64,000 nt of DNA from Alphaproteobacteria bacterium (GCA_030429625.1 JAUIFA010000003.1:278734-342733), one strand, 5' to 3'; shown: positions 1-10,756, counted from the stretch's first letter. Notes: generated by a model from the letters alone, not told the origin. Translations and numbers: made by a program.

Positions 1-507
1 CTTGCTGTCAATAGATCCAGCATTGTTAAGTGCCTCATAGGCCATACCAGCGCTCATTGCCCCGTCACCAATAACAGCAATGACTTCATGCTCGGCATGG
101 TCTTTGTCACGCGCGACCGCCATACCTAATGCGGCGGAAATAGAAGTAGAGCTATGTCCGGCACCAAAAGGGTCATACTCACTTTCACTGCGCTTAGTAA
201 ACGGTGCCAACCCATCTTCCTGCCGGATGGTGCGTATTCCACCCCTTCTACCGGTAAGAATTTTATGCGGATAGGCTTGGTGTCCTACATCCCAGATAAT
301 TTTGTCATCTGGAGTATTAAACACATGATGTAGAGCCACGGTCAATTCCAGTACACCCAGACCAGCACCCAAATGACCACCAATGCCCGAAACAGCGGAA
401 ATCGTTTCTTCCCGCAATTCACTGGCAAGCTGCTTTAGCTCTTCAAGAGAGAAATTCTTTAAATCTGCTGGAATTTCTACTTTATCCAGCAAGGGTGTCT
501 GTGTCAT
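1..507 (-). CDS. dxs: 1-deoxy-D-xylulose-5-phosphate synthase, N-terminal 169 codons (gene runs off the left edge)
   Basis: Reverse-strand translation from the ATG at 505-507 reads [19 protein letters not shown]...[46 protein letters not shown]...[17 protein letters not shown]. This is the conserved DXS N-terminus with the thiamine-diphosphate GDG motif. The frame stays open to position 1. Confidence 0.85.
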   Translation of the reverse strand, partial: MTQTPLLDKVEIPADLKNFSLEELKQLASELREETISAVSGIGGHLGAGLGVLELTVALHHVFNTPDDKIIWDVGHQAYPHKILTGRRGGIRTIRQEDGLAPFTKRSESEYDPFGAGHSSTSISAALGMAVARDKDHAEHEVIAVIGDGAMSAGMAYEALNNAGSIDSK

Positions 508-587
508 TTTTATATTTTTTATTGTGGTTTAATTATTGCTCCTATGGGGTTATAGTCGTAATGTGAATTTTTCTCAAGTATAAATGG

Positions 588-2246
588 ATGAATATGAAGC
601 AGATACAAATTGCCATTGCACAGCTAAATTACACGGCCGGCGACCTTTTGGGGAACAGAGATAAAATCATTGATGCCCATAAGCAAGCGGGAGAATTGGG
701 GGCAGATATTGTTCTGTTTTCAGAAATGTGTGTGACCGGATATCCAGCGGAAGACTTGGTGTTGTTAGATAGGTTTGTTAAAAAGTCTTATCAGATTGTA
801 CAGGAATTAGCAGAGATTACTAAGGGAGATGTGCCGGACATGCTTATCGGCTCTCTTCGTCCTTCCCAACATGGACAACGACCATATAATTCCGTGTTTT
901 TGCTTCAGGATGGGGAAATTGCCTATCATCAGGACAAATATGACCTTCCTAATTATGGTGTGTTTGATGAGAATAGGGTTTTTTCTGCTGGAGAATTACC
1001 ACAACCAATTGAATATAAACAGGTTAAATTCGGTATTATGATTTGCGAAGACATGTGGAACATGAAGGTGACTAAGCAGTTTAAAGGTGCGGACATTATC
1101 CTTTCTATCAATGGTTCTCCTTTTGAGGTTGGCAAGCACGAACAGCGTCTAAATCGGGCAGAAGCAAATATAAAAGCCCTGAATAAACCGCTTATTTATG
1201 TTAATCAGATCTGCGGGCAAGATGATTTGGTATTTGATGGAGACAGCTTTGTCATATCTGATAGTTATGAGCTAAAATACCGCCTTTCCCGTACGCAAGA
1301 ACAGGTTGTTTTAACATCTTGGGAAGATAATGGCTATGTGTGGCAATGTGACGAAGGTCTAAAATACGAATATAGCTCCGAAGAACAGATTATCTACCAA
1401 GCCATGATTTTAGGACTGCGTGATTATGTAAATAAGAATGGTTTTCCTGGTGTTATTATTGGCATGAGTGGAGGAATAGATTCGGCTCTTTCTGCTGCAG
1501 TCGCAGTGGATGCTTTGGGGGCTGAACGAGTACGGTTGGTGATGATGCCCTCGCAATATACTTCTGAAGAAAGCCTTAACGATGCTGAAGAATGTGCAAC
1601 AATGTTGGGCATAACATTGGAAACTTTGCCTATTGAAGAAATATTTGGCAGTTATCAATCTGTTTTAGCACAATCCTTTACTGGAAAAGAAGGGGACATT
1701 ACCGAAGAAAATTTACAATCACGTATTCGTGGAATGTTGCTGATGGCACTGTCCAATAAATTTGGACATATGGTGATGTCTACCGGCAACAAATCAGAAG
1801 TTTCTGTGGGTTATGCGACCTTGTATGGCGACATGTGCGGGGGATATAATGTATTAAAAGACGTTTATAAACAACAAGTTACTAATTTATGTAACTGGCG
1901 TAACCATTATCTTCCAGAAAATGGAGTAGGGCCTTCAGGTAAGGTAATCCCTGATAATATCATCACCAAACCGCCAACGGCTGAACTTCGTCATAACCAA
2001 AAAGATTCAGATTCTTTACCTGAATATGAAATATTAGACCCCATTTTAATTCGCCTGATTGAAGAAACCAAATCAGTAGAGGAAGTTATTGAGGAAGGGT
2101 ATGATTCAGTATTGGTAAGGCGAATTTCAGAATTACTGCACGCCGCTGAATATAAACGCAGACAATCTGCTCCTGGAGTAAAAATATCTAAAAAGCCATT
2201 TAGTCGTGATAGGCGTTATCCCATTACCAACAAATTTAGTGGTTAA
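588..2246 (+). CDS. nadE: Glutamine-dependent NAD+ synthetase
   Basis: 552 aa. N-terminal CN-hydrolase (glutaminase) domain (MICEDMW) and C-terminal NAD synthetase domain with the PP-loop SGGIDSA. Confidence 0.9.
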   Translation: MNMKQIQIAIAQLNYTAGDLLGNRDKIIDAHKQAGELGADIVLFSEMCVTGYPAEDLVLLDRFVKKSYQIVQELAEITKGDVPDMLIGSLRPSQHGQRPYNSVFLLQDGEIAYHQDKYDLPNYGVFDENRVFSAGELPQPIEYKQVKFGIMICEDMWNMKVTKQFKGADIILSINGSPFEVGKHEQRLNRAEANIKALNKPLIYVNQICGQDDLVFDGDSFVISDSYELKYRLSRTQEQVVLTSWEDNGYVWQCDEGLKYEYSSEEQIIYQAMILGLRDYVNKNGFPGVIIGMSGGIDSALSAAVAVDALGAERVRLVMMPSQYTSEESLNDAEECATMLGITLETLPIEEIFGSYQSVLAQSFTGKEGDITEENLQSRIRGMLLMALSNKFGHMVMSTGNKSEVSVGYATLYGDMCGGYNVLKDVYKQQVTNLCNWRNHYLPENGVGPSGKVIPDNIITKPPTAELRHNQKDSDSLPEYEILDPILIRLIEETKSVEEVIEEGYDSVLVRRISELLHAAEYKRRQSAPGVKISKKPFSRDRRYPITNKFSG

Positions 2247-2752
2247 TTGATTGTCCAGCCTCTGTAAGTCTCATCATGAGTTTTAAGATTAGGGTCATTC
2301 ACGTTTGAAATTGTAACAGCTTCTTCTTTGTCCATATGAATATCTTTGTCTGGAAACACCATAAAGACCCGCATACTGTACATGCTGTATCTTAGGTTGT
2401 CTAATGGAGAAAGTATAAGAAGTAATAATGAATGATCTGCAAGCATACGGGTTTTTGCTCTGTCTACATTCTTATGGTCGAGATATTCATCATCATCGTC
2501 AAAACCAGAAAGAAATATTTGTCTGTCTTTAGGGATATTATTGAATATCCCCATCACTTTTAAAGAGATTGTGCCGTCCGGATTTTTTGGAATACCTCTC
2601 AAAAAATCAACCAACATAGTAACTTCAAGTTCCATGTCTTCTGGGTTGCTTGCATCGTCAGGAATACTCTGATTGATAATATCAGAAACATTTTCTTCCA
2701 ACCATTTTAAGCTAGGTTTAATAATAGCACCTTCATAGAGTAAATTTGACAT
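2243..2752 (-). CDS. Hypothetical protein, paralog of the adjacent ORF
   Basis: 169 aa, no signal peptide or TM segment. It shares an N-terminal motif (G-x-[IV]-I-x-P-[ST]-x-x-W-L) and a C-terminal motif (NDPNLK...GW[TS]I) with ORF 2777..3190. Last gene of the minus-strand MFP-RND-pepF string. Confidence 0.7.
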   Translation of the reverse strand: MSNLLYEGAIIKPSLKWLEENVSDIINQSIPDDASNPEDMELEVTMLVDFLRGIPKNPDGTISLKVMGIFNNIPKDRQIFLSGFDDDDEYLDHKNVDRAKTRMLADHSLLLLILSPLDNLRYSMYSMRVFMVFPDKDIHMDKEEAVTISNVNDPNLKTHDETYRGWTIN

Positions 2753-2776
2753 AATTATCCTTCATGGGTCCATTGA

Positions 2777-3190
2777 CTAATCAATAGACCAGCCCTTATT
2801 TTGAGAACTTCTTGTTACCTTTAAATTTGGATCATTTATCGATGGAACAAAAGCATCTTTTTCACTTTTTTTAATTTTTTGTTCAGTATTTGTAACATAA
2901 ATTTCAAAAAGATAGCTCCGATATTGGTGATCATTGGCTACCATTTTAATTTGCCTATATTCAATATCAATTTCTCTATTATCATCAGTAACCTCGGTTT
3001 GCAAACCAGCCTTTTGGTTTGAACGTATTTCGAATTCTATGGCTGTCTTCCCATCAGACATACGAGCGAGCAATTCTTCTTTTAAATCTGTTTGATCTCC
3101 TTGTGTTAGATGAGTAATAGAAATAATAGAATTATTTAGCCATTCTACAGTTGGTTCAATGACATCGCCTCTTCTTAGTTCATGCTTCAT
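2777..3190 (-). CDS. Hypothetical protein, paralog of 2243..2752
   Basis: 137 aa. Same N- and C-terminal motifs as its neighbour. Its ATG lies 2 nt downstream of the pepF stop codon, which suggests translational coupling. Confidence 0.7.
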   Translation of the reverse strand: MKHELRRGDVIEPTVEWLNNSIISITHLTQGDQTDLKEELLARMSDGKTAIEFEIRSNQKAGLQTEVTDDNREIDIEYRQIKMVANDHQYRSYLFEIYVTNTEQKIKKSEKDAFVPSINDPNLKVTRSSQNKGWSID

Positions 3191-3192
3191 AT

Positions 3193-4956
3193 CTATTCCT
3201 CCAGCTCATCAATAAACCCAGCAATAACATCCAGTCCTTTTCGCCAAAATTCAGGGTCTGTTGCATCTAAGCCAAAAGGTTTTAAAAGCTCTTTATGATG
3301 AAGTGTGCCACCGGCTTCAAGCATTGCAAAATATTTTTCTTCAAATCCTTCTGTTCCTTCCATATAGCGTGCGTAGAGAGCATTGACCAAGCAATCCCCA
3401 AAGGCATAGGAATAAACATAAAACGGAGAATGAATAAAATGGGGAATATAGGCCCAATAATGATGATAATCCTCATCAAATTTAATAGCATCCCCTAAGC
3501 TATCTTTTTGCACCTGCATCCAGATATCATTGATGCGTTGCAGAGGAATCTCTCCATTTTTGCGCTCATCATGTACCATTCTCTCAAACTCACAAAATGC
3601 CACTTGCCGGATAACCGTGTTGAGCATGTCTTCAACTTTATTGGCAATGATGATTTTCCTTCGTTTAACATCTTTTTCCGAATCAAGAATCTTACGGAAG
3701 GTCAGTTGTTCCCCAAAAACTGAAGCCGTTTCGGCCAGCGTTAAAGGTGTATCACACATTAATGTACCTTGCTTTGCGGAAAGGAGTTGATGGCAACCAT
3801 GACCTAGTTCATGCGCCAGCGTCATCACATCACGGGTTTTGCCCTGATAATTCAACAGTAAATAAGGGTGGGCAGAAGGCACGGTAGGGTGAGCAAAGGC
3901 ACCGGAATCTTTCCCTTCACGTGGGCCAACATCAATCCAATTATGTTCAAAAAAGCGTTTGCCCAATTTGGCCAAGCGTGGTGAAAATTCTTCATAGGCA
4001 TTGATAACTAGATCCGTAGCCTCCAGCCATTCTATCTTTCTATCGTCTTCATCCGGCAGAGGAGCGTTTCTATCCCAATAATTAAGTGAGTCCTTACCCA
4101 TCCACTTAGCCTTAATTTTATAATAGCGGTGAGAAAGTTTTGGATAGCTGGCTTTAACGGCACTGATAAGCGCATCCACCACATCATCCTCAATAAAATT
4201 GCTTAAATTGCGTGAAGAAATAGGTCTCTCAAATTGCCGCCACTTATCTTCAATGGATTTATCTTTTGCCAGTACGTTAGTAATATAGGCAAAAATCCGA
4301 CTGTTTTTTTTGAGTACTTTCCCCAAAGATTTTGCTGCTTGCTTGCGTTCCTCCTCTTTGTGAGACGAAAGAAAATTTAAGATTTCAGTGCAGGTTAGCA
4401 TTTTATCGTCGAAAGGAAATCGTAGATCCGCCAGAGTTTCATCAAACAAACGTGTCCACGCATTACGACCGGAAATATCCTTTTCATGTAGGAGTTTTTC
4501 CAAATCATCGTCAAGCTGATGGGGCAAAAAAGTCCGAATATCCCGTAGCCAAGGAGAATAATGGTTCAACGCACGCGAGGTAAGTTTTTTCTCCGCCAAG
4601 GCAGCATCAGAAATACGGTTAAGTTCAAGGGTAAAAAACAGAATCTTTGTCGAAATATCATTGATCGTTTCAGAGATATTTTGGTAGAATCGAGAGTTTT
4701 CTTCGTTAGAAAGATCCTCAACGTATAAAAGATAGGCATAAGAGCCAAGCCTGCCAAGCAGCTCTTCAATATTTTCATAACGTTCTATCATTTTAGCCAG
4801 ATCATCACCAGAGAGATCAGCTACCTTTCCTTTCATATATTTTTCAAGATATTGGGCTGAACTACGTGCTGCATCAATATCCCGTTGGACTTCCGGCGCA
4901 TCGGTAGATTGGTATAAATCATGTAATTCCCAGCGGGGTAAAGTTTGCTGCGTCAT
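3193..4956 (-). CDS. pepF: Oligoendopeptidase F (M3B metallopeptidase)
   Basis: 587 aa with zinc motif HELGHG and the overall PepF length and layout. The start codon lies 1 nt after the RND stop. Confidence 0.85.
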   Translation of the reverse strand: MTQQTLPRWELHDLYQSTDAPEVQRDIDAARSSAQYLEKYMKGKVADLSGDDLAKMIERYENIEELLGRLGSYAYLLYVEDLSNEENSRFYQNISETINDISTKILFFTLELNRISDAALAEKKLTSRALNHYSPWLRDIRTFLPHQLDDDLEKLLHEKDISGRNAWTRLFDETLADLRFPFDDKMLTCTEILNFLSSHKEEERKQAAKSLGKVLKKNSRIFAYITNVLAKDKSIEDKWRQFERPISSRNLSNFIEDDVVDALISAVKASYPKLSHRYYKIKAKWMGKDSLNYWDRNAPLPDEDDRKIEWLEATDLVINAYEEFSPRLAKLGKRFFEHNWIDVGPREGKDSGAFAHPTVPSAHPYLLLNYQGKTRDVMTLAHELGHGCHQLLSAKQGTLMCDTPLTLAETASVFGEQLTFRKILDSEKDVKRRKIIIANKVEDMLNTVIRQVAFCEFERMVHDERKNGEIPLQRINDIWMQVQKDSLGDAIKFDEDYHHYWAYIPHFIHSPFYVYSYAFGDCLVNALYARYMEGTEGFEEKYFAMLEAGGTLHHKELLKPFGLDATDPEFWRKGLDVIAGFIDELEE

Positions 4957-4957
4957 A

Positions 4958-7900
4958 TTATATCTCGTGCTTTTTACGTTTAAATTTCGTTTTTACATGG
5001 TGGAAAAAACGTGTTTCTCCAATCATAAGCAAACAGGGGGTAATAAACAACGTTAACACGGTGGCAAATGTCAAGCCTCCGGCAATGGCAGTGGACAGTT
5101 GTTCCCACCATTGGGTGGAAGGTGCGCCAACACTAATTTCTCTGGAAATAAAGTTAATATTCACCGTAGTCACCATAGGCACCAGCCCAAGTACTGTTGT
5201 TCCTGCAGTCAGCAAAATAGGGCGTAACCGTTGGGCTCCAGTACGCAACAGAGCTTCCATCGTTTCCATCCCGCTTTTTTTAAGATAATTGAAAGTATCG
5301 ATAAAAATAATATTGTTGTTCACCACAATACCGGCAAGGGCAATGACACCTACCCCACACATCACAATGCCAAAAGGTTTATACGTCACCAACAGTCCAA
5401 GAAATACACCCCCTGTTGAAAGCACAATGGCACTTAGTATAATAAGTGTTTGATAAATACTGTTAAATTGTAGCAACAATACCAGCGCCATGGCACAAAT
5501 GGAAAGAAGAAAAGCCTTATTTAGAAATTGCTGAGTTTCTTTTTTATCTTCCTCATTTCCTTTAAAACTAATATTTACACGTGGGTCAATATCCGCAGTT
5601 TTTAACCACTGTTTTATTTCCTGAATTTTTCTATCCGCAATAACGCCTTCGGGAACATCTGCTTCAATCTTATATACCCTCACTGTATCAACTTTTGTGA
5701 CTTCACTGATTTTTGGTTTGGCTTTCCTTTTAACAAAGCTGCCTATGGGAATTGCACCCTCAGAAGTAACCACACGCAGATTATCTAGCTGTTCCACGCC
5801 ACGGTATTTTTCAGGAAAACGAATGGTAATATCCACCTCATCGTCATTATTATCAGGTCGATAGGTTGTGGCAATCAAGCCATTGGTTACGAGTTTAATA
5901 AAACTGCCAATAATGTTAATATCCACCCCAAATTTAGCGGCTTGGGCACGATCCACTTCCATTTCCCATTCAATTGCGGGAATGGGCAGACTGTCCCCCA
6001 CATCAACAAATTCTCCAATTTCTGTCATGGTCTGGCGCAATTGACGAATTACCGGAGGAATAAGATCCACATTGTAGGAAGAAACTTCAATCTGGACATC
6101 ACGTGCCTCACCAGGACCTCCATGTTGTTCACGTGTTTCAATAATCACACCTGCCATATCAGAAGTACGCTGCTTTATTTCTTCCAATATTTCTGCGGAT
6201 TTACGACGCTCATCCCAATCATGATATTCCAGTTGGATAATACCGATTGTGTCTGCAGGATACTGGTCTCCTTTACCTCCCTCCATTTTACCTGAACGTG
6301 CGTAAAATATTTTTATGTCGTCGGTCATGTCTAAAATGCGAGATTCAACTTGGCGTACGATTTTATCCTGCTCTAAGGTAGATAAATTTCCTCTAGCTCT
6401 AATGATAACGCTGGCATTTTGTGGCTCAATCTTAGGGAAAAACTCTACGCCAGGGCTTAGAATGCTGTAAGCAATAATAATAGCAAACATCCCTAAAATA
6501 ATAAGCATAATAGTTTTGCGTGGATGGGTAAGTGCGGTTTTTAATATTTTGACATATTTTCCAGTAAACCCCTTTAGATTCTCCAGATTACCATTTTCAG
6601 ATACATTGGTATTGTTTTGGGTCAAGGCATCATAAGGGTCTGGTTTGCCAACCCATTTGCCCAAAGACGGGATAAAAATCAGCGCCATCAATAATGAACC
6701 AAACAATGTAGCAATAAGCGTCATGGGTAAGAATTTCATAAATTGACCCATAATTCCCGGCCAAAAGAGAAGAGGGGCAAACACCAGTAAGGTGGTCACG
6801 GTGGAGGCAATAATTGGCCACGCCATACGTTTGGCGGCAATCCCGTAAGCCTGAGTATGTGATGTACCATCAATCATCTGTCGATTAGCATATTCAATAA
6901 CCACAATAGCATTATCTACCAACATGCCAATGGATAAAATTAAGGCGAAAAGCACAACGATGTTTAAGGTTACCCCAAAAAATGAAATCACCAAGATGCC
7001 AAATAAGAAAGCGCCAGGAATCGCCAGCGCAATAAACAAGGCTGAACGTAGCCCAATAAAATAAATGATAACAACGGTTACCAAGAATACTGCCAAAAAG
7101 ATGTTATTTTGTAGATCCGTGACCATGTCAATGATACTTGAAGATTTATCCTGAGCAAAAAGAACATTAATTCCTGCCGGCCATGTTTTTGAGACTTGTT
7201 CCACCACATATTTAACTTTTGCAACGGTATCAATGATGTTTTCTCCCGTACGCTTGCTGACTTCCAATACTAACACAGGTTTGTTGTTAACCCGTGCAAA
7301 GCCATCCGGATCTTTATAACTTGGGCGAATATCAGCAATATCCCCTAAAACTACCTTAGAATCCTCACTGACCTTAACAGGGAGGTTTACAAGGTCATCA
7401 AATTCTTCAATCAGCCCAGGCACTTTAACGTCATAACGCCCAGATTGTGCATCAAGTGCACCCGCAGCCACTAGCTTATTGTTATCATCAACAATGCGTA
7501 CAATGTTTGAGGTTAGCCCATAACTTTCTAAAATAATCGGATCTATGATAACATCGAGTGCCTCCTCACGATCCCCAACAATTTCCACGTCTAATACTTC
7601 AGATAATCCTTCAATTTCATCCCTTAAGCCTCTGGCAATATTAATGAAACTCCTTTCTGGAATATCCCCTGTTAAGATAATGCTAACCACAGGAAACAGA
7701 CTTAAATTAACCTCATTAATGATAGGTTCGTCTGTATCATTGGGTAATTCTGATTTTGCAATATCTACTTTTTCCCGCACATCCTGTAGCGCTTTATCAC
7801 CGTCAAATCCGGCAGTAAACTCTAACAACACCGAAGCAAAGCCCTGTAGCGCATTTGAACGCATTTCTTTTACACCCTCAATTGACCTAAGTTCTTTTTC

Positions 7901-8104
7901 CATCGGGCGGATCAGCAGTCTTTCTGCGTCTTGAGGAGAAATACCCTCATGTTTCATGGAAATATAAATAATAGGGATTTGTACATCCGGACTGTCTTCT
8001 CTAGGGATTGAGACATAGGTAAGAGAGCCAGAAATTAGGATAACAATTAAGATTAATATGGTGGCTCGGGATCTGTCTAATGCGGCATCAATAATATGAT
8101 TCAT
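4958..8104 (-). CDS. RND efflux transporter permease (AcrB/HAE1-like)
   Basis: 1048 aa. Multi-TM layout with two large periplasmic loops, typical of AcrB-family pumps. Directly downstream of an MFP gene. Confidence 0.9.
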   Translation of the reverse strand: MNHIIDAALDRSRATILILIVILISGSLTYVSIPREDSPDVQIPIIYISMKHEGISPQDAERLLIRPMEKELRSIEGVKEMRSNALQGFASVLLEFTAGFDGDKALQDVREKVDIAKSELPNDTDEPIINEVNLSLFPVVSIILTGDIPERSFINIARGLRDEIEGLSEVLDVEIVGDREEALDVIIDPIILESYGLTSNIVRIVDDNNKLVAAGALDAQSGRYDVKVPGLIEEFDDLVNLPVKVSEDSKVVLGDIADIRPSYKDPDGFARVNNKPVLVLEVSKRTGENIIDTVAKVKYVVEQVSKTWPAGINVLFAQDKSSSIIDMVTDLQNNIFLAVFLVTVVIIYFIGLRSALFIALAIPGAFLFGILVISFFGVTLNIVVLFALILSIGMLVDNAIVVIEYANRQMIDGTSHTQAYGIAAKRMAWPIIASTVTTLLVFAPLLFWPGIMGQFMKFLPMTLIATLFGSLLMALIFIPSLGKWVGKPDPYDALTQNNTNVSENGNLENLKGFTGKYVKILKTALTHPRKTIMLIILGMFAIIIAYSILSPGVEFFPKIEPQNASVIIRARGNLSTLEQDKIVRQVESRILDMTDDIKIFYARSGKMEGGKGDQYPADTIGIIQLEYHDWDERRKSAEILEEIKQRTSDMAGVIIETREQHGGPGEARDVQIEVSSYNVDLIPPVIRQLRQTMTEIGEFVDVGDSLPIPAIEWEMEVDRAQAAKFGVDINIIGSFIKLVTNGLIATTYRPDNNDDEVDITIRFPEKYRGVEQLDNLRVVTSEGAIPIGSFVKRKAKPKISEVTKVDTVRVYKIEADVPEGVIADRKIQEIKQWLKTADIDPRVNISFKGNEEDKKETQQFLNKAFLLSICAMALVLLLQFNSIYQTLIILSAIVLSTGGVFLGLLVTYKPFGIVMCGVGVIALAGIVVNNNIIFIDTFNYLKKSGMETMEALLRTGAQRLRPILLTAGTTVLGLVPMVTTVNINFISREISVGAPSTQWWEQLSTAIAGGLTFATVLTLFITPCLLMIGETRFFHHVKTKFKRKKHEI

Positions 8105-8119
8105 TTTCTATCTAACCCT

Positions 8120-9286
8120 TTATTTTTTAATGTTAGAGTTATTTTCTGATAGAATAGCAATGACTTTCTGTCCTTCTTTTACAAAAGCTTGCCCCAGAGT
8201 AATAATATCTGCTCTAGGAGGGAGCGAGGAGATCCATACCCCGCCTTTATTATAATCGTAAGCGGAAATAGCTACAAAACCAACAATTCCTGTTTGATTT
8301 TCTCCTTCATCCGATAAATCCTCTACTATTTTCACCCCAATTTTCCCTTCTTCATTAATTGAAAGATCAGAGGAAGAAACATAATGAGCTTGTTTGTTTT
8401 CTATGGGAATGGAAACAAATGTTGTTAGTCCTGATGCAATAGAATAATCTGGATTTTCAACTTCGATTTCAATCCTAAAAGTACGGGTTACCGGATTAGA
8501 AATTTTACTAATATAGCTAATTTTTCCTATAAACTTCTTGCCTGTTATCAATTCAATATCGCACAATGTATCAAGAGTAATCTTTTTTATGTTCTGTTCT
8601 GATATAAAGGCAGAAATTACAATGGGGTTGGTATCGATGATAACGGCGAGCGTACGATCGTCTTTGGCACGCGTAGTGTCAACCGATATAGTTGGCCCAA
8701 CAAGTGTACCCAGCTCAGCATTAATCAAATTAACAATTCCGTCAAACGGGGAGAGTATTTTTGTGTTATCCAAATTGATCTGCGCCTGTATCAACAATGC
8801 CTTGGCCATTTCGAGTTGGCTGGAAGCCTCTGCTAATTTTGTTTCAGCTTGAAACCCTTTAAGAGACAGCCTTTTTGCGGCAGTATAGTCTATCTCTCTC
8901 TTGTGAACACTGGCCTTAGCTTCTTCCAGTAAGGCTGCGCGTTCACGTTCTTCAATTTCCATGATAACATCGCCCTGTGCGACTTTTTGACCTTCAGCAA
9001 CAAGAATTTTAGTAATCTTTCCGCCGACTTCAGCCTTCAAATTAACCATACGCTTGGGTTCTGTGATTCCATTTACATAGATATTTTTCTTATGTTCCAC
9101 CGCATGACTTTTGATATATTGTACTTTTGGCAGAGCCTCCACGGCCATAGAGTTATGAATATTTTCTTTTATAGTAGGTTGAGTGTTTCTAAAAAAAACA
9201 CCAGAAAGAATCCATAAAACAATTAAGGCTGCCAGAACATAGGCAATAAGTTTAGACTTATTTGAACCCTTGATAGTATATTGCAT
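8120..9286 (-). CDS. RND efflux periplasmic adaptor (membrane fusion protein, HlyD/AcrA family)
   Basis: 388 aa. N-terminal TM anchor, a coiled-coil hairpin region (EEAKASVHKREIDYTAAKRL...QLEMAKALLIQAQINL) and a beta-barrel C-terminus. No outer-membrane factor gene lies in the operon. Confidence 0.85.
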   Translation of the reverse strand: MQYTIKGSNKSKLIAYVLAALIVLWILSGVFFRNTQPTIKENIHNSMAVEALPKVQYIKSHAVEHKKNIYVNGITEPKRMVNLKAEVGGKITKILVAEGQKVAQGDVIMEIEERERAALLEEAKASVHKREIDYTAAKRLSLKGFQAETKLAEASSQLEMAKALLIQAQINLDNTKILSPFDGIVNLINAELGTLVGPTISVDTTRAKDDRTLAVIIDTNPIVISAFISEQNIKKITLDTLCDIELITGKKFIGKISYISKISNPVTRTFRIEIEVENPDYSIASGLTTFVSIPIENKQAHYVSSSDLSINEEGKIGVKIVEDLSDEGENQTGIVGFVAISAYDYNKGGVWISSLPPRADIITLGQAFVKEGQKVIAILSENNSNIKK

Positions 9287-9375
9287 GTAAATATATTTCC
9301 TTAAAAACTCTTATATTGTGCCGCGTGTATATTAACGTTATATATGTTACTAGTAAAACAATTTAAGGCATAATA

Positions 9376-10053
9376 ATGAAATTATTTAGAAAGTTATTCA
9401 TAGTAATAATGTGTTGTGCAGTATCTTGGCCATACAGCGTCCTAGCCTATCAGGACAGCAGTGCAGTAAATATTGTGCTTTTTGGTGACAGCATGATTGC
9501 CGGAACAGGGTTGCCCATAAAAGCCCGTTTAGCGGCTTTACTTCAAGAAAATTATGAAAGGGAAGGAGTAAAGGTCAATGTCATTAACAGTGGTGTAGAC
9601 AACATGGACAGTGGAGAGGGGCTTAAAAGAGTGGATGAGCTTGTTCTGTCTCATAATCCAGATGTTGTACTGATGCAGTTAGGGCGTATTGACCTGTATA
9701 AGAAAGTAGATATTGAGAAAATCCGTTACAATTTAGAAAAAATAATTTGGAAAATTTTGAATAAAAACCGTTATACTAAAATCGTTCTCATTGGCCACAA
9801 ATCACGCGCAGGGGTTAAGGATAAAATCTATCCAGCTAGGTATAACAACCTATTTCCTGCAGTGGCAGGAAAATATAAAGTTTCTTTTTATGAAATGTAT
9901 ACGAAAGACATAGCTGGGCTTAATGGCTTTCTGCAACTTGATAGAATGCATCCAAATTATGCCGGCACAAAATTTATACTAAAGAGATTATTACCATATA
10001 TTAACAAGGATGTTAGAGATATTTACGCAGAAAAAGCCTCTATGTCTGAGTGA
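9376..10053 (+). CDS. Secreted SGNH/GDSL-family hydrolase (TesA-like esterase)
   Basis: 225 aa with a signal peptide. Block I FGDSM and block V D-R-M-H-P. Confidence 0.75.
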   Translation: MKLFRKLFIVIMCCAVSWPYSVLAYQDSSAVNIVLFGDSMIAGTGLPIKARLAALLQENYEREGVKVNVINSGVDNMDSGEGLKRVDELVLSHNPDVVLMQLGRIDLYKKVDIEKIRYNLEKIIWKILNKNRYTKIVLIGHKSRAGVKDKIYPARYNNLFPAVAGKYKVSFYEMYTKDIAGLNGFLQLDRMHPNYAGTKFILKRLLPYINKDVRDIYAEKASMSE

Positions 10054-10756
10054 GATAGATTATAAAATTGTTGAAAGTAACAAAATTAGGAATGTCCGTC
10101 TGAGTATTTCTTCTTCAGACGGTCTAATTATTACAGTTCCAAAGGGTTTTAGTCGTCGAAAGATTAATAATATTTTTAAAGAAAAAAGAAATTGGATAGA
10201 AAAATATTATCAAAGGGTTGATGAGAAAAAACAGCAATATCCCTCTTATTATGACAAAGGCCTACCTAGAAAAATTACACTCCCCGCAATAAACGAAGAA
10301 CATATTCTTCTCTATCGTCCAACAACGGCAAAGTCTGTTAAAGTAAAAGAGGAAAAAGGTAGTATAATTGTTTATGGTAATATCAAAGACACTGAAAAAA
10401 CCCTTCAGGCTTTACAAAAATGGTTTTATCTTAAAGCCAAAAAAGTTATTCCCCCATTGTTTAAAGAGTACAGCGATCAATATGACTTTAAATTTAAGAA
10501 TATTACTATACGTAACCAGAAATCCCGCTGGGGAAGTTGCTCTTCACAAAATAATATTTCACTAAACAGTAAGTTATTATTTATTCCCAAAGAATACATG
10601 GAATACATATTTTTACATGAACTTTGTCATACTATTTATCTTAACCATTCCCCAAAATTTTGGGCATTAGTAAAAAAAATTGATCCAGAATATGAGGGCA
10701 AGAATTCTTTAAGTAAAAGAGAGCTATGGTATAAATATGTTCCCGGATGGGTATAA
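10010..10756 (+). CDS. YgjP/DUF45-family (M48/SprT-like) zinc metallopeptidase
   Basis: 248 aa with a HELCH zinc motif near the C-terminus and a DUF45-like N-terminal region. The annotated start overlaps the previous gene by 44 nt, so the true start may be further downstream. Confidence 0.7.
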   Translation: MLEIFTQKKPLCLSEIDYKIVESNKIRNVRLSISSSDGLIITVPKGFSRRKINNIFKEKRNWIEKYYQRVDEKKQQYPSYYDKGLPRKITLPAINEEHILLYRPTTAKSVKVKEEKGSIIVYGNIKDTEKTLQALQKWFYLKAKKVIPPLFKEYSDQYDFKFKNITIRNQKSRWGSCSSQNNISLNSKLLFIPKEYMEYIFLHELCHTIYLNHSPKFWALVKKIDPEYEGKNSLSKRELWYKYVPGWV

